A DNA stretch of 63,379 bases, filler included, from Reclinomonas americana ATCC 50394 (lineage: Eukaryota): the NCBI GenBank assembly GCA_048213135.1. It is 19 parts of 19 records of this genome, joined end to end, with 100 filler letters (N's around TTAATTAATTAA, not from the genome) between each part and the next. Parts side by side here need not be neighbours in the genome. Positions count along the whole stretch, not along the records: positions 32,556 to 34,489 come from AFZH01023860.1; positions 34,590 to 36,374 come from AFZH01023861.1; positions 36,475 to 39,087 come from AFZH01023862.1; positions 39,188 to 45,462 come from AFZH01023864.1; positions 45,563 to 50,716 come from AFZH01023865.1; 14 more parts are not named here. One strand, 5' to 3'. Made by a program: the position numbers and the translations under genes. A model generated the notes under the pieces. The model saw nothing but the letters and a program-made list of their open reading frames with translations. It was not told the DNA's origin and did not search any database. Every line of letters starts with the position of its first letter. The first letter of the stretch is position 1. Below, piece after piece: positions 34,401 through 46,259 of the stretch.

Positions 34401-34403
34401 CAA
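28495..34403 (-). CDS. Very large multi-exon protein with a C-terminal Fanzor2/TnpB-like RuvC-I and bridge-helix region (5' end in gap)
   Basis: Removing GT-AG introns 29119-29193 and 28775-28874 gives IIAIDPGIRLAFACLTVGRDGRGVEVLEIG...RKRLKQLQ...RDGFHNFVVELLRALCPELDRCIVPHFNKQVPRIIARK...RRTGKETAWFTQHFAFGKFSARL. The upstream junctions I checked splice in phase, including donor 32625 to acceptor 32326 across the spacer. Confidence 0.72.
29441..29504 (-). repeat. 12-bp coding repeat giving a (TAAP)n linker before RuvC-I
   Basis: About five copies of agcagtcggagc. Confidence 0.85.
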
Positions 34404-34799
34404 CAGGTAGACAGGGAGAGAGAGAGAGAGAGGAGGAGAGAGGAGGAGAGAGAGGAGGGAGGAGAGTAGTAGGGAAGGGGGGAGGAGAGNNNNNNNNNNN
34501 NNNNNNNNNNNNNNNNNNNNNNNNNNNNNNNNNTTAATTAATTAANNNNNNNNNNNNNNNNNNNNNNNNNNNNNNNNNNNNNNNNNNNNGCGTCGGGGCC
34601 ACGGGGGCAATGGGCGCATCGTCTGTGTGGTGGAGGAGAAGGGAGGCGGAGGTGGATGAGATACCGATATTCAAAAAAGCAGATGGTTCCCTCTCTCTCC
34701 CCTATATATCAGTCTTTCTCTGCCACTCCCCTCCCCTCTCCCCTTTCTTTCTCTCTTTCCCTTCCCACTCCCCTCTCCTCCTTTCCCCCCCTCCACGCA

Positions 34800-37700
34800 A
34801 CTGGTGTTGTGAGTGGTCTGAGTGATCGGGCCAGCAGCCGTGGCCGAGTTGGTCGACGTGGCAGTGGCGTACACCTGGTACGTGTACGACGTGTTGGCTG
34901 TCAGCGTCGTGTCGGCAGTGTAAGCGGCGGTGGTCGCCCAGCCAGCCGGCAGGGTCACCGTGCCCACAGACACCGGGGTCGCGCTACCCTGGCCGCGGAA
35001 GATCGTGAACACCGTCACGGCGTTGGAGCCAAGTTCTGCGGAATCGTCCACTGCAGGAAGATGTTGGTGAGGCCGTATTGCGTCACCACCAGTCTGGTCG
35101 GCGGGTTCGGCACGACGCCAGAGGCAGCCGGAGTGGTGAAGTTGATGGCAGTACTGAACGCGCACGTCACCGGGTTGGCGGCAGTGCCAGCCGGGTTGAA
35201 GGGCGACGTCGGGAAGGCAATCGAGAACTGGTTGCTGGCGCAGATCTGCAGGTTGACCGAGGTGCCAGCCGGCAGGCCAGTCACGTCAATGTAGTAGGTC
35301 GACAGGTTGTTGCTCCACGACGCCGCAGCGCCAGTGCCGTTGGTGGACGGGATGGAGCTGGTGTCAATGTTGACGGCAAGGCCGGCAGTGGCAGCAGTCA
35401 CCGACGAGGCGCTGGTGGTCGAGTACACCACACGGTAGGCGCTCACGTTCGGAATCGGCGTCGTCAGGTTGCTCTGCGTGGCGCTCGAGGTGGCAGTGTT
35501 GGAGCCACCGACGCTGATCGGGGTCGAGAAGTTGAGGCGCACGCCAGTCGAGATCTAGAACAGGCGCGAGTACGCCACACCAGTGGGCGCAGCCGGCACT
35601 GCACCGTTGTTGTCGGTGGTGGCCTGGATGGAGCCGGCCGCCGAGGCAGTGGTGTTGTTGTTCACAGTGACGCGGATCTTGGTCGTGTACTGCGTGGCAG
35701 CCACAAAGTTGTTGGCGGTGCCGCTCACAGTGAAGCCGGTGATCTGCTGGTAGAAGCCAGAGGTGTACGAGAACAGGCCGAAGAACGAGGTGGCGATGGT
35801 GCCAGCGCCAGTCGCACCGGTGGTGATGGCAGGCTGGTCAGTACTAGTGCTGGCATTGGTCACCGTGTAGGCGGCAGTCGGCGCAGCGCCAGTGTCGCCC
35901 GTGCCAAAGGTGGCCGGGTAATTGAAGGCGACGACAAACGACGTCGAAGTGACCTGGTCCACAGAGCCAGTGTACGGGGCGACAGTGTAGCAAGTCGGCG
36001 TGGCCGGCGCACCGGACGCCAGAGTCACAGTCACGGCGGTCGAGAAGGTCAGGTTGGCACCGTTGGCACTCGGAGTGCCGCTGCCGTTGTTGTAGGCAGT
36101 CGAGATGGCGCAGCTGGTGCCAGTCAGGCCAGTGACCTTGACGAGCACGCGGTTGCGCGACAGACAGAGCTGCCGGTCAGGATGCTGAAGTCGGTCAGGT
36201 CGGCAATGCTGGTGACCACAGTCACCGCACCGGTGCCGCAGTCCGACTTGACGTACCACGACGGAGCGCCGCCAATCACGCCCACATTGGCCGCCACACC
36301 CTCCCACTCCACCCACGCCGAAGTCGACGTGACGTAGCGCAGGGTCGACGACAGCGTCGGCGCCGCAGTCGACANNNNNNNNNNNNNNNNNNNNNNNNNN
36401 NNNNNNNNNNNNNNNNNNTTAATTAATTAANNNNNNNNNNNNNNNNNNNNNNNNNNNNNNNNNNNNNNNNNNNNCCAGGCCGCAGCCGAGCGGTTCACCT
36501 GCGACTCAGTCCACACATTGATGGTGTAGCCCTGGTCAGTGGAGGCACTGGCGGCCGCAAGAGTGGCCAGAGTCACACCGCGTCACGTGACAGACGACGC
36601 GTCGGTAGCGGTCACAGTGGTGGGACCAGCGTCGCCGATGACGAACGCGCGGTAGGCGGTGGTGCCGGTGGCGAGGTTGGTCGTCTGCAGCACGGTGAGC
36701 GACGTGTTGATGTCCTGGAAGGTGCTGGCAGCAGTGCCGACCGAGGCGTTGGTGGAGAGACCGCCCTGGCCGACGAGGTCAGTCGGCAGCTGCAGCCAGA
36801 CGGTGGCCTGGGTGCTGCCAATGTAGTAGATGGCGTTGGAGCCGGCAGTGGCGGCCGGACCGCGGGCTGTTTAGGAGGGAAGAGGGGAAGGGGAATGACG
36901 GTGAGCATGAAGGAAACAAAGAGAGAGAGAGAGAGAAAAGAGAACGATAATAAAAAGGTGCGCAACTGGTGCAGTCCAGAAGTTGACAATACCGCCAGCA
37001 GTCGGCGAGGCGGCGGCGGAAGCGTTGGTGCTGGCGGCGTTGAAGGCAACCTGCGGCCAGTATTGGCGGCCGGGGAGGAGGCCAGAGAGGGTGACCTGCA
37101 AGCCGTCGAGGTGGGCAGTGGCGGGCTGGTTGCTGTTGGCCGTGGTGGTGAGGCCCCTCGCGACAGCGACGCGCGCACGTTGGCAGTGCCAGTGGCCGTG
37201 AAGGTGTAGGCGCTGGCAGCCGACGAGGCGTTGACGTTGGCCTGGTTCGCGGTGTACGACGCACCACCGGCGGTCAGAGTGATGACGAACGTCAGCGAGG
37301 TGTCGGTGATGTCGATGACCGAGATCGCGTTGGCGGCGGCGAGGGCACCATGGTACCAGCATTGCTGCCGGCACCGGTGGGGACGACACCAGCACCGCTG
37401 GAGGCGACGACGTTGGCAGCGCAGCAGTGCAGCTGCACGGCAGTGCCACTGTTGATCAGAGTCCAGTTGACGCTGACAGTGGCGGTGTCCGACGGAGCAG
37501 AGCGAACAGCCACAATAAACTTGGAAGCGCTGAGGACAGATTGCGTGGAGTTGCCGTCGACGAACACGAAGTCAGTGACAGCCACGCCGTTGCTACCGGC
37601 ATTGGTGCCGGCAAAGATACCGACGGAGAAGACACCACCAACCGAAGTGCCAGTGGCGGCGGTCGCCACCACACCGCGCGCGTTGGGTGGGCGAGCCGAC

Positions 37701-39087
37701 ATTCAGCATCATAAAGTTGTTGCCGACAGTAACAAAGGCGTCCACGGTGGTGATGGCAGTACCAGAGCGGTTGTACCAGACGGCATTGGCGGGCGTAGTC
37801 ACAGCAAGAGAAGTGACGAACACGATGTTGGAGCTGACAGTTCCACTGGTGGCGTTCGTCGCCACAAGATTCACCGTACCGGCCGCAGTGGCATTGAACG
37901 TCACAGTGCCAGTGAGGTCGCTCGCGCCCATCGACAAGGTGCCGGTGGCACCAGCGACGTTGTTGGGGTTGCCGAAAGTGTACGGAGTCGCACCAAAGCC
38001 ACCGTTGCCGATGACCGTGGCGGCAGTCGTGTTGGCCAGGCAGTTGATGGTGGTGCCACCAGTCACCGACCAGCAAGCCACCAGAACCGGGGCAGTGCCG
38101 AGAGTCGGGTTAGCGGCGCGCGGCGTTGAGGGTGAGAGTCTGCTGAGAAGCAACGTCAAGGGCGGCAGTGCCGTCGCCGTTGGCGTTCTGAGCAGTCACG
38201 CGATGCGATACTTGGTGATGTTCGTCGCGGCCAGCTTGGAGATCAACACGTCGACGTGGCCACCAGACACACGGCCAAATTTGCAAAGGTCGCGGTCGTG
38301 CCGGTCACCGGCGAGCCCGTCGGCGTCGAGAAAGCGTTGTACAGCATGCCGCCATTGTTAAACGCCGCAGTCTCCACCTTCCAGCCAGTCATGGCATCGC
38401 CAGTCAGCTGAGGAGAAGTCCACGAGATGAGGCCGCCAGCCGAGGCCGCAGCCACAACAGTCGGCTGTCCGACCTTGTTCGGGGACTGCTTGCCGTCCTG
38501 GGTGGTCACCGTGGCGGTCTGCGAGTAGGGGAGACACACAGAGAGGTGAGCAAGCTGCTTTACACAATGCAATACCACGGACGAAATGCAAAAAAAAGAC
38601 GCAACAGAGCTCCACGGGCCAAAGCCCCACTGGCCCACAGCGCGCGCGCGCACCACGTAGCCGGTGCTCGGCTGCAGGATGCTGGACGAGGAGGTGGCAC
38701 CAGTGCCAGACACCACGCACGTCTGCTGCGAGAACGGGCCACTCGTGAACGGGATGATGGCCGCATTGGCATTGTTGCCGTTGGTGGTCTCAGTGTAGAA
38801 GGTCAACGGGGGCCAGGCGGTCAGCGAGCTGCCAGACGAGCTGCGGATCTGCACCTGGAAGAACGGATTCTGCACCTGGTTGAAGTTGGCGACGTTGCCA
38901 GAGCCCGTGGTGCCAGTCTGGCCGAGCTTGATCGGCGGGAAGAACGACAGCACAAACGACGTGGCCGACGTGTAGCTGATGGCCAGGTTGGTCGGCTGGC
39001 GCGGGGTACCGCCGAGCGGCACCGTCACGACCTGCGACGAGGTGCAGACACCCTCACCGTACGAGTTGACAGAGTGGGCCTGTTGGT
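34800..39087 (-). CDS. Large Thr/Ala/Ser-rich multi-fibronectin-type-III surface protein (internal fragment, several apparent frameshifts)
   Basis: PRQPTNLAISYTSATSFVLSF, LQPSTGYVVRARAVGQWGFGPWS, PNPPTRLVVTQ...LQWTIP and LTANTSYTYQVYA; GT-AG introns. Confidence 0.8.
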
Positions 39088-39187
39088 NNNNNNNNNNNNN
39101 NNNNNNNNNNNNNNNNNNNNNNNNNNNNNNNTTAATTAATTAANNNNNNNNNNNNNNNNNNNNNNNNNNNNNNNNNNNNNNNNNNNN

Positions 39188-39266
<79 letters not shown>

Positions 39267-39537
39267 TTCATCTTCTCTCAAGCGATCGCTCTTCCTCTCA
39301 CCCTCTAACTTCCTACCTCTCTCTTCCCATCTCGCTCCCTCACACGCACTCTCTCTTTTCCCACTTCCCCCGTCCTCTCCTCCCCTCTTTCTCACACTCC
39401 CTCTTCCCATCTTCCCATCTCCCTCTATCTCTCACTCCCTCTCTCTCTTCTCCTCCTCTCTCTTCCCATCTTCCTCTCTCCCCTCCTCCTCTCTCTCCCC
39501 TTTCCCTCTCGCTCACCCACTTCGTTCCCATGAATGC

Positions 39538-42500
39538 AGTCGCGTGGAGCCGTGTGCCTGGACGGATCGCCGGGAGGGTAAGTCATGCCAACTCCCGTCC
39601 TGTCGCGGTCTCGCCATGACATCTGCTCTTCGCAGGTACTACTTCCGCCAGGGTGCCTCCGACAAGTTTGTTATCAACTTCCAAGGTTCGTGATTGAAAG
39701 CGCGAGGGTGTTGTTATCATTTCCACGCACTCATCCGTCTCCACCCACAGGCGGCGGCTGGTGCTACAACGAGCGCGAGTGCCTCGATCGCTCCAAGACC
39801 AACCTCGGTTCCACCAACAACCTGTTGCGTCTGCGCTTCTGCCTCGCTCGCTTTGCGCACCGCGCCTCTCATTCCCTCGTTCACAGGCCCGCCACCATCG
39901 GTGCCCCATCGGCAGCCTGCTCGAGCGAGTTGCGTCGCACCAACTGTCGGTCTCGATGATGCACTGACTGACTGGCGGTGTCATGCAGCACGAATGTCAA
40001 TCCCGATTTCCATGATTTCACGGTGCGCACTGCTCCCTGTCTCTGATTGTTTTCTGCCTGGGCGTATCACCGCCGTCTTGCTTGCTCTGTTTTGAGCTTT
40101 CTCTATCTCCTCTCGACTGCCTTTGCTTGTTTTTACCTTGAGATGTTCTCTCTCTCTCTCACACTCTCTCTCACTCTCTCTCTTTTCTCTCTCTCTCTCT
40201 CTCACGTACATACACCCACACACACAGACGCATCTTCCATTTGTCGCTTTTATGTCTATAGCTCCTTCTATCCTCTCCCTATCCCTTTTTCTCGCCATCT
40301 ATCTCGTATCTCTCTCGCTTGCCTTCCTCTCCCTCTTTCTCTCAATCTCTTTTTTCTCCTTCTCCTAATCTCCCTCTTTCTCTTTGCGTGTCGCTCTCTC
40401 TCTGTCTCTTCTTGTTCTCAGTCACCTTGTGTCTTCTTTCTCTCTGTCCTTCTATCCCTCTTTCTCTCTGTATCACTTTCTCACCGTGTCATACTCTTGC
40501 ACATCCCGCATCTCTTCCTTGTCCATGTCACCCGTTCTCCTTTCTGTTGAGTCTCTTTTAGTCTTCTTCTCCCTCTCTTTCTTCTCTTCCCTGTCCCCTT
40601 CCCCTCCCTCTCTCTCTCCCCCTCACTCTCCCTTCCTCCCTTCTCCTCTTCGCAGATGGTGTTCGTGCCCTACTGTGACGGCGCTAGCTACTCGGGCGAC
40701 AACGCTTCCCCGTCCAACGTCGGCGGAACCAACATTTACTTCCGCGGCGGTCGCATTCTCACCGGTGCGCAGTTGCACACTTTCTCTGTCGCCCTCCTTC
40801 ACGCGCGTCTGACTCGCTGCCGCAGCCATTCTCGACGACCTGGTGTCGAAGCACGGATTCAGCGGCGCTCGCCAGGTGCTGGTCACTGGCGGCAGCGGTG
40901 AGTGGGAAGCGCTGGCGTGAGAAGGCCATTGTATTGACGAATGTTTGTGTGGCGGTGCTTACAGCTGGCGGTTTGGCGGCGTACCTGCACGTGGATTACA
41001 TTGCCTCGCGCGCCTCGGCGTCGGCCGTGGTCAAGAGTGCGCCGGATGGGTGAGTGGGAGAAAGGGGAGGGTAGAGAGCATGCACAGGAGAGAGAGAGAG
41101 TGAGAGGAAGGGAAGTAAGAACGCGGTCGGCATGTGTGACGAGAAGGATAGAGAGGGGGGGGGTGTGTAGAAAGAGAAGAACGGCCCTTGTCTTTGAGGC
41201 CTCTGTTCTGTTGGATTGGCTACATTCTTTCGTCTAAGCTGGAAGATGGAGAAAAGGAAGTGCGATGCCGGACCCCGAACAGGTCTGTCTTCTGTCAGCG
41301 CTCTCTTGATTCGCCTGCGTGGGGAAGAGATTGAGAATGCGAAGAACAAACCCTTTCCTTCGAATTATCGCCTTTTTCAGGCTCACTTGTTCACTGCGTT
41401 TTGCACCTGGATGGGGAAAGAAATTAGCCATGCATGGCCTTTGCAGCTTTTGTAAGTGGACGAGAGATGGAAAAAGAGAAAAACAACCGTCTCCTTTCTC
41501 TCGCGCTCACCTGTTGACTGCATTCTTGCACCTGGATGGGAAAGAGACGGAGAAAGAGAAGTGCGATGCCAGACCCCGAATATGTATCTGTCTTTTTTCA
41601 GCGCTCTCTTGTTTCGCCTGCGTGGGGAAGAGATTGAGAATGCGAAGAACATACCCTTTCCTTCGAGTTATCTTCTCTTTCAGTGCCCACTTATTGACTG
41701 CGTGTTGCTCTTGGATGGGGAAAGAGAATAGCAATGCATGGCCTTTGCAGCTTTTGTAAGTGGACGAGAGTTGGAAAAAAGAGAAGAACAACCGTTGCTC
41801 TCGCGCTCACCTGTTGACTGCATTCTTGCACCTGGGTGGGAAAGAGATTGGGAATGAGAATAGAAATGCACAGTCTTTGCAGCTCTTGTAAGTGGGGAAG
41901 AGATGGAGAGAGAGAAGAACAACCGTCGCCTTTCTCTCGCGCTCACTTGTTTTACTGCGTTTTGCACCTGGGTGGGAAAGAGATTGGGAAGGAGTATAGC
42001 AATGCATGGCCTTTGCAGCTTTTGTGAGTAGACGAGAGATGGAATACGAGTAGGACAACCGTCTCTCTTTTCTCTCGCGCTCACCTGTTGACTGCATCCT
42101 TTCCTTTGGTTTCCTCCCTTCCATGTTATTATTGCCGCGTTTCTCATCGGTTGTTTTCCTGTCTCTCTCGCAGTGGCTTCTTCCAGTACATGCGTGCGTT
42201 GATTTTCCCTGTTTGATGATTACCTTGCTGCCTCGCGCTCATCATTCATTGACAGCCAACGTGCTCAACCAGCCGGTGTACATGAGCGAGATGAACTACG
42301 TGTTCAAGGTAACAACTTTTTACATACCACAGAGTTGCACGCTCTATCTCATTCTACTCCTATTGCAGATGCAAAACGTCACGTCGCACCTTGTCGACAA
42401 CTGCGTCAAGAGGTGAGTGTCGCTGTCCCCCTTGACTCTCGCCATCGCAGTCTCATTGCCTTTCATGTACGTAGCACCCCGGCCGGCGAAGCGTGGCAGT

Positions 42501-43729
42501 GCTTCTGGGCTGAGTTCTCTCTCCCGCTCACCAAGGTGTGTGGCTTGTTGCGCCGAGTGCCATGATGCAGTTTGTTTACTCGCTTGTGTTCAGTCACCGG
42601 TCTTTGTGATCAACTCGCTGTACGATGCGTGGCAGGTGGGTGGGCGACATGCACAATGGCAGGGGGAGAAGGGATGAGAGGAGAAGGGATGGGTGGAGAA
42701 GGGATGGGAATGAGAGGAGAAGGGATGGGAGGAGAAGGGGTGGGAGGAGAAGAGATGAGAGGAGAAGGGATGGGAGGAGGAGGGGTGGGAGGAGAGTGGG
42801 ATAGGAGGAAGAGGAATGCGAGCAGACGGGAGGAGAAGATATGAGAGGAGAAGGGATGTGAGGAGACGGGAGGAGAAGGAGATGGGATGGGAGGAGAAGG
42901 GGATGAGAGGCGATGGGATGGGAGGAGAAGGGATGAGAGGAGATGGGATGGGAGGCGATGGGATGGGAGGAGAAGGGATGTGAGGTGAAGGGATGAGAGG
43001 AGAAGGGATGGGAGGAGAAGGGATGGGAGGAGAAGGGATGGGAGGAGAAGGGATGGGAGGAGACGGGATGGGAGGAGAACGGCGAAGTGACTTGAGGAGA
43101 GGGCCGAAGGATGAGAGTAAAAAGGAGAAGGATGGGACGGGAGGAGAAGAGAGCAGGACATCTGGAACCATGTTTTTGGAGCCCTTCTCCAAGGCATTTC
43201 CTCTCGCTTACTTCGTCTCTCCTTGCCCTTGTCCTCCCGTCTTCCTTCATCTCCTTGCCCTTTTCTTCCCATCCCCTTTGCCCGTGGTCCTTGTTGGGAT
43301 ATTAACCCTCATTTCGTCCCTCACAGATGGGCAACATCTTCATGACCCAGGCACCCGCGTGGAAGGAGTGCGCCGGCAAGCTGGACAGCTGCACCAGCTC
43401 GGAGATCTCAGTCACCAACAGCATTTTCCAAAAGTCGCGTCACCACCCTCTCCCTCTTTCGCCTCCCCTTACTTATTGTCCACTGCAGGCGCATGCTCGA
43501 CCGCGTGCTCACTCAGCTGAGTCCCAAGGACGGCGCCTTTTTGTTCAGCTGCTGGAGCCACTGCCAGAGCTACGGCCCGGGCGGTTTCGACGGCATCAAG
43601 ATCAATGGCGTGTCGGTGGCCAAGGCCCTCGGCGACTGGTACTACGGCCGTGCCTCGCACAACGTGTACGTCGACTGCACGTTGAACCAGTCGTCGCCGC
43701 ACGAGTGCAACAGCTCGTGCTCGGCTTGA
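39538..43729 (+). CDS. Pectin acetylesterase / Notum family carboxylesterase (5' part missing)
   Basis: AVCLDGSPG, GGGWC, VFVPYCDGASYSG, FRGGRI, VLVTGGS-AGG (Ser), NSLYDAWQ (Asp), SCWSHCQ (His) and a terminal CNSSC. Confidence 0.93.
41230..42100 (+). repeat. Degenerate intronic tandem repeat with composite units of about 120-300 bp
   Basis: gctcacctgttgactgcattcttgcacctgg and atgcatggcctttgcagcttttgtaagtggacgagag recur several times. Confidence 0.85.
42670..43080 (+). repeat. 15-mer repeat (gggatgggaggagaa)n in an esterase intron
   Basis: Visible tandem array. Confidence 0.9.
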
Positions 43730-43925
43730 TGAGGAAGAAGGGAGAGGTGCACTCTCCCGCATTTGTCACTCTTTCTTTCGTTGTGCTGCGTGCACGATGC
43801 GTGTTGGTGTTACTCTGTCTCGCAAGTGACAACTTCAGTCGATCTCTTGTGCGTCCTCTTCATGATACCACTCTCCTCTTCCATCGATCACGACGAGTGA
43901 AAATTGAAGTGATGACTCCTTGCTT

Positions 43926-45889
43926 TTATGAGGGTGCGTGTGGTGTGTCGCGTTCAATGTACTCGCGAATGCGAGCGGTGGTTTCGTGGAGGCCGGGGAC
44001 GGCGGGGGAGGCGAGGTGGATGGAGTGGAGGGGGAACCAGCGGGCGTCCTGAGGAGAGGGGAGGGGTGGGAAGGGGATAAAAGGAGAAGGGGATAAAGGA
44101 GAAGGGGGGAAAGAAGAATAAGAGACTTGAAGAATAGTGACTGCAAAGGATGTGAAGAGGGACAAGTTGTGAATAAGAAAGAGAAGAAACCAAAGTGAGA
44201 GGAACAGAGAAGGCGAGGAAGGGAACAGTGACTGGACAGGACGTGCAGAGGGAAAATAATGAAAAAGAATGAGAAGAAACAGGGACAGAAAGTTGGGCGA
44301 GGAAGGGAATAGTGGCTGGAAAGGACGTGTAGAGGGAAAATAATGAAAAAGAATGAGAAGAAACAGGGACAGAAAGTTGGGCGAGGAAGGGAATAGTGGC
44401 TGGAAAGAATGTGCGGAGGGAAAAGTAATGACGAAGAAAGACAAGGAACAGGGACAGCAAGTTGGGCGAGGAAGGGAACAGTGACTGGAAAGGATGTAGA
44501 GAGGAAAAGAAAGGAAGAAGGGAGGGAAGGAAGAAGGGAGAGAAGGAACAGGGAGAGAAGGAACAGGGAGAGAAGGAACAGGGGCAGCATGTCGGGCGAG
44601 GAAGGAAATAGTGACTGGAAAGGAAGTGAAGAGGGAAATGTAATGAAGAGGAAAGAAGAAAGCGAAGTTAGAGGAAAAGAACAGGGACAAGGCGAGGAAG
44701 GGAACAGTGACTGGAAAGGATGTGCGGAGATACGAGAAGTCAAGCATGTGGGCAATGGGTGAAGAAATGACCAGAGAGAACACCAGGGGAGAGCGAGAGT
44801 CAAGAGCCTCCGATGCTCGCTGCTCGTAACCGCTGCACCACTCCCTCTTTTCTTTTCCTCTCACCCTTTCCCTCTTTGACAAACTCAACTGCCGCATCCG
44901 AGGCCGCCTTCACCTCCGCAGCGCCCTCTGGCAACCACGCAATCGAGTGCATCAGCACGTAGTGGTACGCCGGTAATCGGATGGGTTCGCTCAGGTGCAC
45001 CGGCTGGCTGATGGCGGTGGGCGGCACCTGCACGCCGGTCTCCTCGTGCAGTTCGCGAGCGGTGGCCGCGGCAATGGTCTCGCCGAATTCGACGGAGCCG
45101 CCGGGGAGGGCCCAGTGGTTGGTGTAGGGGTCCTTGCCGCTGGGGATGGGGGGAAGGGGGTGGGGAGGGGAAGGAGGGGAGAGAGGAGAAGGGAGGAGAG
45201 GAGAAGGGAGGAGAGGCGAGGCGAGGAGAGGAGAGGAGAGGAGAGGGAAAGGAGAGGGGTGGAGAGGAGAGGAGAGCAGAGCTGGGCAGAGGAGAGGAGA
45301 GGAGAGGAGAGGAGAGGAGAGGAGAGGAGAGGAGAGGAGAGAAAGTGAAGAGAAAGAGAAGAGAGGAGAGAGGAATAGTAGAGAAGAGAAGGGAAGGGAA
45401 GAGAGGAGAGAGGAATAGAAGAGAAGAGAAGAGAAGAGAAGAGACGGGAAGGGAAGAAAGAGNNNNNNNNNNNNNNNNNNNNNNNNNNNNNNNNNNNNNN
45501 NNNNNNTTAATTAATTAANNNNNNNNNNNNNNNNNNNNNNNNNNNNNNNNNNNNNNNNNNNNGAGAAGAGAGGCAAGAGGACGGGATGGGAAGAGATGAG
45601 AGAAGCGAGCAAGGGATGCAGAGGAAAGAGATTGATTCATGGAGGCAAACGCGATCAACATCGACTCCGAGAGGCACAGATGGACGCACCGTCGGACCAG
45701 CAACACCTCCACGCTGATGGGAGACGAGGAATTGAGTGCATGCAACGATTGAGAGACAACTCGTTGCATGGCGGACCTTTTGGTGAGTTCGTTCACTCGC
45801 AGGCAGCCGCATGTGACGCCCAGCACGGGCAGGCGACCCGGTGGGGTCGACGAGAGGCGACGGCGAGCGAGGTGCGCGATCACCAGCAT
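43926..45889 (-). CDS. Nudix hydrolase (spans a spacer)
   Basis: MLVIAHLARRRLSS..PVLGV, VEVLLVRR, GKDPYTNHWALP, the Nudix box GGSVEFGETIAAATARELHEETGV, and ASDAA|DARWF joined across intron 44049-44889. Confidence 0.92.
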
Positions 45890-46259
45890 GTTTGTTGTTT
45901 GTTGAAGGGATTTTGAGTGGGACAGCTCTGATCGAAGGCGATCGGGGACTTGTTGAAGTGTGCCGAAGGGTTCGCGCACGCCAGTGCCTCGTGCATCAGG
46001 TACGTAATCGACTTTATCTTTGTACGCGAGGCTGATAGCGATCATTGGTCGATTTCGAAGTCATGCGTCTTGAGCTGTTCTGCGCAGTCTTTTGTGTGCT
46101 CCGATTGACAGTCATCGCTGGGGGTGGCGACCGAGACACGGATGACGGCGAGGAGGTGAGGTGAGCGGCTGCAGAAAGACAAGGATACCGTGCTTGGTAC
46201 TGCTGAACGTACGCCACACAAAGTACAGCAACCAGCTGAATACACATCCCACATCTCTA

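Noticed and set aside
35540..38340. Frameshifts in the FN3 gene as recoding
   Set aside because: I see no slippery sites or structures; scattered indels fit low-coverage sequencing error.
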